Below, in pieces: positions 1 to 7,004 of a stretch of DNA of 64,000 nucleotides (the first letter of the stretch is position 1; every line of letters starts with the position of its first letter). This DNA is from Bacteroidaceae bacterium (GTDB lineage Bacteria; Bacteroidota; Bacteroidia; Bacteroidales; Bacteroidaceae). Below the pieces are notes generated by a model. It saw only the letters and a program-made list of their open reading frames with translations. It searched no databases and was not told the DNA's origin. The position numbers and the translations under genes were made by a program. The stretch is from assembly GCA_017483765.1 (NCBI GenBank), contig JAFUVE010000026.1, positions 87,814 through 151,813 on the forward strand. Reading direction: 5' to 3'.

Positions 1-2
1 TG

Positions 3-10
3 CAAAGTTA
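3..10 (-). promoter_or_regulatory. Bacteroidetes -7 box (TAACTTTG on minus strand) pointing left out of the window
   Basis: Plus-strand CAAAGTTA is the reverse complement of TAnnTTTG. It sits in the same ccgTAACTTTGca context as the pyrE promoter at 38146. Confidence 0.35.
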
Positions 11-128
11 CGGAAAAATCATGAGTTATCGGGTAAATGACATGGAAAAATATTTTTTTTTAAGAAAAAGAGAACATGATGAAGATTGAAATTGAAGAAA
101 TATGCTATGAAAAAAGCAAATGTAGAAC

Positions 129-142
129 GAAAGTGAGGGATT
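129..142 (-). repeat. 14-nt direct copy of the tRNA-Ser 3' end (gaaagtgagggatt)
   Basis: Exact 14-nt match to 389-402 inside the tRNA acceptor/T-arm, in the same orientation, 260 bp away. Confidence 0.7.
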
Positions 143-220
143 GGCTATGCTTCGCTTCGTCTTTCCTGTCACCTTTCGGGATTGGCTTCGCCCATCCCTT
201 CGCTGCCGCGGGCGTCCTGG

Positions 221-386
221 CAGACTAAACGGAGGGAAGAAGGGACTGTCCACTCATGGCTTCGTGGACATCTTTTTAATTGAGTCGAGACTACCCTTTG
301 AGAGCAAGCTCTCAAGATAATCTCGACTCAATTAAAAAGACACCAAATCATAGATTTGGTGCCCTTTCTTCCTTCCGTTTAGTCTG
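221..386. repeat. 166-bp nested-palindrome element (predicted four-way junction); possible MITE or structured RNA
   Basis: An outer ~26-bp imperfect stem (221-246 with 361-386) encloses three hairpins. These are 247-270, 271-340 (20-bp perfect arms tctttttaattgagtcgaga / tctcgactcaattaaaaaga) and 341-361. The element abuts the tRNA 3' end at 387. Confidence 0.6.
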
Positions 387-473
387 CGGAAAGTGAGGGA
401 TTCGAACCCCCGGACCAGTTACCCGGTCACCGCATTTCGAGTGCGGCCCGTTCGACCACTCCGGCAACTTTCC
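387..473 (-). tRNA. tRNA-Ser (anticodon CGA), 87 nt, no encoded CCA
   Basis: Manual fold of the reverse complement. The acceptor is GGAAAGT/ACTTTCC. The anticodon stem is CCGCA/TGCGG with loop CTCGAAA. There is a long variable arm (GACC..GGTC) and a T-arm GGGGG-TTCGAAT-CCCTC. The discriminator base is G. Confidence 0.9.
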
Positions 474-505
474 TTTTATGATGGTGGTCTGTATTTTCTT
501 GATAA

Positions 506-534
506 GAAGAAGGCAGGGGTAGTCTGCCTTCTTC
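506..534. other. GC-rich hairpin (gaagaaggcag-gggtagt-ctgccttcttc) upstream of the tRNA
   Basis: 11-bp perfect inverted repeat with a 7-nt loop. There is no flanking U-run, so its function is unclear. Confidence 0.35.
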
Positions 535-881
535 CTATATATAAAAAGCCGGGAGGAGATGTGATGAAACTCCGAGTAGATAAGATTTGAGTGTCCGCAT
601 ATCTTTGTAATCCACCGACTTACGTTACCCCTAAGGGCGTGGCCCGCCATTGACATGCGAAACCTTCTCGGTTTTCTAGATTAATTTGATGAGTATCCCG
701 ATCGATCCTAACCCCGGCTAGAGTGGTGTCTCGATGTTCAACTGATAATGCAAAGGTAGTTGATTAATTTGATATATCAAACTTTTTTTGCCTTTTTTTG
801 TCAAAGAACCCAATTTTTTCGTCCTTTTCATCCTTTTTTGCCCACTTCTTTGCTCAAATCGCATGGCATCGGGGCTTATTC

Positions 882-1055
882 TCAAGACTGCCCCTCTGCG
901 CCTGCGATGATGTTGATGACGGCCACGATGTCGGAAATGTCCACTTTCTCGTCTTCGTTGACATCGGCGTAGCGGTAAGTGGCGGTTCCAGCAATCTGGT
1001 TGATGATGGCCACGATGTCGCTGATGTCCACCTTTCCGTCCTCGTTCACGTCGCC
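882..1055 (-). repeat. dockerin-type module, copy A (coding)
   Basis: GDVNEDGKVDISDIVAIINQIAGTATYRYADVNEDEKVDISDIVAVINIIAG. This is two EF-hand-like loops, each followed by a helix. Confidence 0.8.
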
Positions 1056-3158
1056 CTTCGTACGTGGCTGCTCCTCGATGACATCTGCCACGCCTTTCAG
1101 GTCCTCAACGTAGTCGGGCAGGTAATAGCTTATATGCGGCGGCTGGTTGTAACCGGTGTTCTGCCAGGCGATGGCCATGCGGTAGTTGTGGTCGTGCATG
1201 AGTGTCGGAACACGGTAGGGCGAGATTTCTGTGGATGAGAAAATGATGATCTCGGAAGGGTCTGCAGTGTTCCACCAGATGACCTCTTCTCTCCAGTCGC
1301 CAAACAGGTCTGCCTGCAGGCAGGGCGTGGATTTCGTGGAGTTGCATGAGGAGAGCGTGCTGATGATGGATGTGAACGTCTTCATTGTCGATGCGGTGGA
1401 GTAGACGCCCATGTTGGTGAAACTCAGTTTTTCTCCGTTCTGCGTGTACTTTCTTATGCTGGTTCCGTCGAGTAGCTCGTCGTAGGGGTCGCCGTCCCAG
1501 AAGATTCTGAAGTTCATGGACGGCTTGTCAGCGGTGATGCCAATGAGCGTGCGTGCATTGATGGTGTTAGCCACCTTGGCCGACCAGAACTCATACCCAC
1601 GGTTGCTGGAGTTGGTGTCGAAGATGTTGGCGGCAAGTCCGCGGCCGTTGTCGTCGTCTCCCGTTGATGCCCACAGCACTTCCCCCGTTGCCGCGTCGAT
1701 GAAGTGTGCGCCGTAGGGATTCTCCTCGTGCACCATGAATATCTCCAGCCCAGGCCGGTCGGGGTTCATGTCGCCGATGTGCAGTGCGTCGCCGTGTCCG
1801 AATCCGGTGGAGTAGAGCATCCATCCGTCGTTGTCCACTGTCGCGCTTCCGTAGATGATCTCGTCGCAGCCGTCGCCGTCTACGTCAGCGATGGTGAGGC
1901 TGTGTGCTCCCTGCCCGTATGCGGTGTAGGCGGCATGGGTATTCTTCGGGTCTGTGGTCTTCGAGTAGGTCCGGGTTCTCTTGGTTCCGTTGGCGTCTGT
2001 ACGTTCCACCTGTGTGGTGCTGATGGAGCCATGTATCCAGTGGGTCTTCAGCTCCTTTCCATCGAAGTCTACCGCCCAGAGGTAGGAGCGTGTGTACATA
2101 CCGCGGCACATGATGGCTGACGGGTTCTTGTCCGGACCGTCGAGGTAGGCCACTCCGGCGAGATAGCGCTCGCCGCGGTTTCCGTAGCTGCCTGTGTCGC
2201 TCTTGCTGCCGAAGGTCCAGTTCAGGGTGCCTGCCGCGTCGCTCAGCACGTAGGTGGCGTTGCGGTTGGGGATGTAGGGGATCGTGTGAATGGCGGCGCC
2301 AGTCTCTCCGTTGAAGACGGTGAGGTACTCATATCCGGCGTTGATGCGTCCGCCGGAAACTCTGCAGTCGCGGGTGTTGCTGGCATTGAGAATCCTCGTG
2401 TCTGTCGCTGCCTTGCTCACGTAGTTGCCGGCTCCGTCTACGCTCCCGGGCGCGGTCTTGCAAATCAGCTCCGCCTTGCCGTCGCGGTCGAAGTCGTAGA
2501 CCATATACTGTGTGTAGTGTGCGCCTGAGCGGATGTTCGTGCCGAGGTCGATGCGCCAGAGCTTCTCGCCGGTAGCGATTTTGTAGCAGTCGATGATGGT
2601 CGCTCCGGTGTAGCCGCTCTGCGAGTTGTCTTTGCTGTTGGAGGGTGCCCACTTCACGAAGAGCTCGTACTGTCCGTCTCCGTCGACGTCGCCCACTGAG
2701 CAGTCGTTAGGTGTGTAGACATATACTGAGTCTTTCAGTTTCGCATCGGTGGTCGTCGGCTGTGGCCTGTCGAGCTTCAGCCGGTGGCAGAGGTTGTTGT
2801 TGAACACCATGGGGGATACGGTGTCCACCGGTACACCGTTCTGCAGTGTCACCAGCTCCACTTTCTTTGATGAGTTGATGATGCCTGACGGACGGAATGA
2901 CGTGCGGTCGCGCAGCGTGTCGCTTTTCACCTCTCCGTCGATAAGAATAAGGAATGACGTGTGCTCGTCGTCAGACCCAAGCAGGCGCCATGAGAAGTAT
3001 GGCTTTGTTGATGTGGTGTTGATGCGTATGAATCCCCTGTCGAGCTTCTCCTGCTGACTGGCTGGCGTGTCCCATGGTGTGGGCTTCTGCCGCTGTGCGG
3101 TGGCCGTGAGTGATGCGGCGAGGAGTAGGAGAGAGAGGATGTGCTTTGTTGTTGCCAT
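882..3158 (-). CDS. PL11-family rhamnogalacturonan lyase-like beta-propeller protein with C-terminal dockerin-type module
   Basis: 758-aa ORF with a signal peptide (LLLLAASLTATAQ). It has YesW-like motifs: EKLDRGFI..FSWRLLG, VGDVDGDGQYELFVKW, GTNIRSGAHYTQYMVYDFDRDGKAELICKTAPGSVDG, ADVDGDGCDEIIYG and PTLMHDHNYRMAIAWQNTGYNQPPH. The dockerin module lies in the last 57 aa. Confidence 0.8.
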   Translation of the reverse strand: MATTKHILSLLLLAASLTATAQRQKPTPWDTPASQQEKLDRGFIRINTTSTKPYFSWRLLGSDDEHTSFLILIDGEVKSDTLRDRTSFRPSGIINSSKKVELVTLQNGVPVDTVSPMVFNNNLCHRLKLDRPQPTTTDAKLKDSVYVYTPNDCSVGDVDGDGQYELFVKWAPSNSKDNSQSGYTGATIIDCYKIATGEKLWRIDLGTNIRSGAHYTQYMVYDFDRDGKAELICKTAPGSVDGAGNYVSKAATDTRILNASNTRDCRVSGGRINAGYEYLTVFNGETGAAIHTIPYIPNRNATYVLSDAAGTLNWTFGSKSDTGSYGNRGERYLAGVAYLDGPDKNPSAIMCRGMYTRSYLWAVDFDGKELKTHWIHGSISTTQVERTDANGTKRTRTYSKTTDPKNTHAAYTAYGQGAHSLTIADVDGDGCDEIIYGSATVDNDGWMLYSTGFGHGDALHIGDMNPDRPGLEIFMVHEENPYGAHFIDAATGEVLWASTGDDDNGRGLAANIFDTNSSNRGYEFWSAKVANTINARTLIGITADKPSMNFRIFWDGDPYDELLDGTSIRKYTQNGEKLSFTNMGVYSTASTMKTFTSIISTLSSCNSTKSTPCLQADLFGDWREEVIWWNTADPSEIIIFSSTEISPYRVPTLMHDHNYRMAIAWQNTGYNQPPHISYYLPDYVEDLKGVADVIEEQPRTKGDVNEDGKVDISDIVAIINQIAGTATYRYADVNEDEKVDISDIVAVINIIAGAEGQS

Positions 3159-3184
3159 AAGAAATGGGGTGTTATTTTGGGTTT

Positions 3185-3238
3185 TCCGGAGATTCCGGGT
3201 TATCCGGGTCGTCCGGAGATTCCGGATACTCCGGTTTG
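3185..3238. repeat. 6 x 9-bp tandem array with TCCGGA-type core
   Basis: Units are tccggagat tccgggtta tccgggtcg tccggagat tccggatac tccggtttg. The array lies between the 988-aa gene terminator and the PL11 start codon. Confidence 0.85.
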
Positions 3239-3245
3239 TGCTTAA

Positions 3246-3278
3246 ATAAAAATAGTGGGTTTTGCCCCACTATTTTTA
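3246..3278 (-). terminator. intrinsic terminator of the 988-aa gene
   Basis: The minus strand reads aaaaatagtgggg-caaa-acccactattttt followed by T-rich sequence. It lies 20 nt after the stop at 3297. Confidence 0.6.
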
Positions 3279-3296
3279 TTGAGAGAATATGTTGAA

Positions 3297-3458
3297 TTAT
3301 TGTGCTGCGATGATGTTGATGACAGCTACGATGTCGGAGATGTCCACCTTCTCGTCACCGTTCACGTCAGCGTTTTCGTAGGTAGCGGTACCTGCAATCT
3401 GGTTGATGATAGCCACGATGTCAGAGATGTCTACCTTCTCGTCCATGTTCACGTCACC
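3297..3458 (-). repeat. dockerin-type module, copy B (coding)
   Basis: GDVNMDEKVDISDIVAIINQIAGTATYENADVNGDEKVDISDIVAVINIIAAQ. Confidence 0.8.
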
Positions 3459-6263
3459 AGGAATAGCCGTGATTGTCGGCTCGAAGTGAGGACCTTCGGC
3501 TACAGAAGCAAATCTGAAGATCTTGAGGTTGTCGAACCAGCAGCGGCGTGCCTGTGCGTTGGTGTTTGCTGAGTTGTAGTTGGATGAGAGTACGAACTTG
3601 GCAACCTTGTTGTCGGTGATGCTGGCGTCGCTGAGGTTGAGCATAGGCATCTCAGCGCCTTCGCACTTACCGTTCTTTCCGTTTTCGACTGTACCCTGCA
3701 GTGCAAGTGCCTTGAAGTCGAATACGAGGGTGAAGTGAGACTTGTTGTCATCAGTGCAGATACCTGCGTTGCCTACTGAGCTTGAGCCAAGACCTGTAGC
3801 ATATTTATAGATATCCATACCTGTACCACCACCCTTTTTGCTTAGTGACGTTTTGTCGTTGGTCTCACCGGTTGCGTTATTGAAATCGTTGTAATTCACT
3901 ACTCCGTTGTAACGGTCGATGCTGAATCCACCGAGACGCTGTCCTTCTGCGTTCTGGCACTCAACGGTGAGGAAGCCCTTGCTGAGGTTTCCGAGCCAGA
4001 GGTCGAACTCGACTTGGATGATTTCTTCGTCGGTAGGAATCTCATCTATAGGGAATTCTACAGTACCAGGAGAGTTAGCACCGCCACCTACGCGGAGCAC
4101 ATCGAGGAATGCGTCGCCGAATCCAAGCTGCCATGAGTGTCCTGACAGGTCGTGTGTCGGGTCTGTATCCACGTTGTTCACGTTGGAGAATACCATCTGG
4201 CCGGCTCCGTCATATGTGTCGGTCTTTCCGTCGATATAGTAGCTGGTGATGATAGTCGGGTCTTCTGCGTCAACGTTTGTAGCGAAAGCGCCGGAGAAGT
4301 CGATGTCGATGAATGGTTTGAGCTCGCCACTGTCGTCGAACACGGCTTTCGCATCATCAAGGTCGGTCAGTAATGTAGCCAGACGCTCTGAGTCTGCTTC
4401 CTTCTTCTCGTCGTTGGTGCTGGCGAGGATTTCAGCAAGAGTGGCCTCAGCCTGTGCGATGGCCTCTTGGTAAGGCTCATGGTCCTTAATCTGGTTCATA
4501 GGATTTTGGTCGTATTGCTTTGCTTCGGCAATCTTTGCCTGTACGTCTGCAATCGGCTTGTTCTGAGCTACGATGTAGTCGTTGGCCTTCTGGTAGCCGC
4601 GAACCACTGCATATTCCTTGTAAGTCTCGTAGTCAGCGTCTTCTCCGTGTTCGTCGAAGGTGTAGCCCTGGACGGTGGTCCACTCAATCAGCTCATCGTT
4701 GGTGGCTACACCTGTGTCGTTACCGTCTGCGTCAATCCAGTTGTCCTCTGTAATCTTGTTGAAGAACGGATCCCAGCGGTCGATTGTCGGCTGGATGGTG
4801 TCGTTAGCCCAAGGGAAGTTGCTGTCGGCTGCCTTTGCAAGCAGAGACTCACGTGCGCTCTTTGCTGCGTCAACCTGTGCCTTGAACGGAGTCCAGGCAC
4901 GGTAGCGCTCCACGCCTGCGATGATATCTTCGCCGAATGAGCGAATCTCCACGGCTCTGATTTCAAAGAAACCACCACCGTTAGGTGCACCTGGCCAGTC
5001 AACCTGTGCGCGGAACTTTCCGTCTTCTGCCACTTCGCCGATGATGTAGAATTTCTGGAACTGCTCACCTGAGATGGGACCGAGATCCTGTGTGGCTTCA
5101 CCAAGTGTCAGCTTACATACGCTTTCCAGCGTGAAGGTTGGATTGCAAGGCCATGAAGTCTTGTCAGTGTTGGCGTTTCTGATTTCGCAAGTCATAAAGT
5201 ATTTTCCTTTCGGGAAGTCCTGTGCAACGACAGCGATTGAGGCTGCTGTCTGACCATAACCAAGCTGGATGGCCCATCTGAGTGCGTTGTCTCCAGAGAG
5301 GTGGCCCCAGTTGCCGTTTCCTCCTACGCGTTCGAAGCAGCCGAAGTCGCCGTCACGTCCACGGCCAATTCCTCCGATGGAGGTGATGTCCACTTTCGGC
5401 AGGAACGAATTCATGTTGTTCGACTCAACGTCCATGAACAGGCCGAGGTCTTCCAAGAGTGCGTTCATGGAATCTTCTGCATCAGTCTTACTGTCGAACT
5501 GACCGTCAGCGATAGCCGCTTCGATGGCAGAGATGTCTTCTTCTACAACAGATTTTGCGTCAGCTGCTGCCTCTGTGTTGAAGTTTTCGTCAGCGATGAT
5601 GCTCTTGGCATAGGCAAGCATACGGTCGGAGATACGGGTGTCGTACACTTCCTCCAATTCAACTACCTGAAGGTTGTTTCCGATCACACACTCCGTGTTG
5701 ATGCGGCTGAAGACGATGTTGAGGTAACCGCCGGGCTGGTCCTGACCATCCGAAGGCTCTGCGTTCACTGCGAGGGTGTCGGCGAATGCCCACGAAATTT
5801 CTGACCATTCGTTGCCCTTGACTGTTGCAGCAGCAGCTACCTGAGTGTAGTCGATGTTTGTGCTTCCCACTCTGATGTTGTAGTCGTCAGGATAGTGAGT
5901 CACCCATGCGTCAATCTGGTTCTGGCCGTTGGTCTCGATAGAGGTTGATCCGTCGGCAGTGGCCTTGAATTTCATCGTAAGGATGTAGTTCTTTCCATAC
6001 TCGATTGGCAGTGCATACGTGATGAAGTCACCTTCATCGCTCCTGGTGCTCTGGATTCCATCGTAGTCGTCCTCTGTCGCTGCGGTGTAGGGCGAGAAAA
6101 TCGCACTGGAGTAGTTGTACCACTCTGTGAATGCAGGGATGTCGAGAATCCTCTTCACCTTGTACTTTGCTGTCGACGTGTAAACATAGTCGTTTACACT
6201 GTACTGCGCGTTCATGCTGACAACAGCAAACAACGCACATAATGAAAGTAGCAGTTTTTTCAT
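3297..6263 (-). CDS. secreted multidomain protein of unknown function (no catalytic motif recognised) with C-terminal dockerin-type module
   Basis: 988-aa ORF with a signal peptide (LCALFAVVSMNAQ). Beta-rich segments alternate with Ala/Glu/Asp-rich helical linkers. The dockerin module is the last 53 aa. Confidence 0.75.
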   Translation of the reverse strand: MKKLLLSLCALFAVVSMNAQYSVNDYVYTSTAKYKVKRILDIPAFTEWYNYSSAIFSPYTAATEDDYDGIQSTRSDEGDFITYALPIEYGKNYILTMKFKATADGSTSIETNGQNQIDAWVTHYPDDYNIRVGSTNIDYTQVAAAATVKGNEWSEISWAFADTLAVNAEPSDGQDQPGGYLNIVFSRINTECVIGNNLQVVELEEVYDTRISDRMLAYAKSIIADENFNTEAAADAKSVVEEDISAIEAAIADGQFDSKTDAEDSMNALLEDLGLFMDVESNNMNSFLPKVDITSIGGIGRGRDGDFGCFERVGGNGNWGHLSGDNALRWAIQLGYGQTAASIAVVAQDFPKGKYFMTCEIRNANTDKTSWPCNPTFTLESVCKLTLGEATQDLGPISGEQFQKFYIIGEVAEDGKFRAQVDWPGAPNGGGFFEIRAVEIRSFGEDIIAGVERYRAWTPFKAQVDAAKSARESLLAKAADSNFPWANDTIQPTIDRWDPFFNKITEDNWIDADGNDTGVATNDELIEWTTVQGYTFDEHGEDADYETYKEYAVVRGYQKANDYIVAQNKPIADVQAKIAEAKQYDQNPMNQIKDHEPYQEAIAQAEATLAEILASTNDEKKEADSERLATLLTDLDDAKAVFDDSGELKPFIDIDFSGAFATNVDAEDPTIITSYYIDGKTDTYDGAGQMVFSNVNNVDTDPTHDLSGHSWQLGFGDAFLDVLRVGGGANSPGTVEFPIDEIPTDEEIIQVEFDLWLGNLSKGFLTVECQNAEGQRLGGFSIDRYNGVVNYNDFNNATGETNDKTSLSKKGGGTGMDIYKYATGLGSSSVGNAGICTDDNKSHFTLVFDFKALALQGTVENGKNGKCEGAEMPMLNLSDASITDNKVAKFVLSSNYNSANTNAQARRCWFDNLKIFRFASVAEGPHFEPTITAIPGDVNMDEKVDISDIVAIINQIAGTATYENADVNGDEKVDISDIVAVINIIAAQ

Positions 6264-6310
6264 AATGGTTTTGTTAAATTAGTTAATAAATTATATTTAG
6301 TTTAGAGGTT

Positions 6311-6338
6311 TCAGTTTTCAGTTTTCAGTGTTCAGTTA
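6311..6338. repeat. 4 x 7-bp tandem array (tcagttt)
   Basis: Units are tcagttt tcagttt tcagtgt tcagtta. The array lies in the predicted 5' leader of the 988-aa gene. Confidence 0.75.
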
Positions 6339-6440
6339 CTTCTCTTTCTTTTCAGTTCTTTCGCTTCCATTTGGATGGGATATTTTCCTTTTTTCTTTTA
6401 TTCGTCCAGTAGTTGTCGTGCTATAAAGCTATAAATTACG

Positions 6441-6448
6441 CAAATATA
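6441..6448 (-). promoter_or_regulatory. -7 box TATATTTG for the 988-aa gene / PL11 unit
   Basis: Plus-strand CAAATATA matches the reverse complement of TAnnTTTG. It lies downstream of the susD terminator. Confidence 0.45.
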
Positions 6449-6572
6449 GGATAAAATTATGTGAAATCATAAAAAATTAACTTAAAAATGCGGAAAAACG
6501 CAATTTTTTGTCTTTGTGAACACGAATATCCATTGTATTGCAAAATTTGAATTCATTCTAATTGACAATCAT

Positions 6573-6662
6573 CTCAGACTCGTCAGACTGGTCAGACAGG
6601 TCGGACTTGTCGGACTTGTCAGACTGGTCGGACTTGTCGGACTGGTCGGACTCGTCAGAAAG
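6573..6662. repeat. ~10 x 9-bp tandem array, unit GTCrGACnn
   Basis: Units are ctcagactc gtcagactg gtcagacag gtcggactt gtcggactt gtcagactg gtcggactt gtcggactg gtcggactc gtcagaaag. Confidence 0.9.
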
Positions 6663-6819
6663 GACGAGGACTCTTACTCCATCATGCTTTACCCGGGAGT
6701 TATTGTGACTGATTGTGGACCGGCAAGTCCGTGTTATGGAATCATTCGCAAAAATACGTCTTTTATATGAGTTCTGTTTTGTCATTTTGTCCGAAGATGT
6801 GGGCTAATGTACGAAAAGC

Positions 6820-6857
6820 AAAAAAAACGCCCCGAAGCAGTGTTTTGCTTCGGGGCG
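6820..6857 (-). terminator. strong rho-independent terminator ending the susC/susD transcription unit
   Basis: Stem gccccgaagca / gcttcggggc with a 7-nt loop. An 8-nt U-run follows on the minus strand (plus-strand A-run 6820-6827). Confidence 0.8.
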
Positions 6858-6878
6858 GGGTGGGGATTATTGAAGGTT

Positions 6879-6998
6879 TTCAGACCTGTCCGACTGGTCG
6901 GACAAGTCAGACAAGTCCGACTGGTCGGACAAGTCAGACAAGTCCGACAAGTCTGACCTGTCTGACCTGTCTGACTGGTCAGACTCGTCCGACCGGTC
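6879..6998. repeat. ~13 x 9-bp tandem array, unit GTCnGACnn, with a 27-bp higher-order repeat
   Basis: The triplet gtccgactg gtcggacaa gtcagacaa occurs twice. It is followed by gtccgacaa gtctgacct gtctgacct gtctgactg gtcagactc gtccgaccg. The array lies between the susD stop (7005) and its terminator. Confidence 0.9.
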
Positions 6999-7004
6999 CT
7001 TACT

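Noticed and set aside
26-656. ORFs 26-253 (-), 348-656 (-) and 393-590 (+)
   Set aside because: They overlap the tRNA-Ser gene and the palindromic element. Their composition is not protein-like and they have no start context.
590-800. Assigning the tRNA-proximal intergenic region to SRP RNA, 6S RNA, tmRNA, RNase P RNA or a riboswitch
   Set aside because: I could not find any of the conserved core motifs of these RNAs on either strand. The region is kept only as a low-interest sRNA candidate.
6573-6998. The tandem arrays as a CRISPR locus
   Set aside because: Units are contiguous 9-mers with no unique spacers. The repeat length is far below CRISPR repeats. No cas genes are present.
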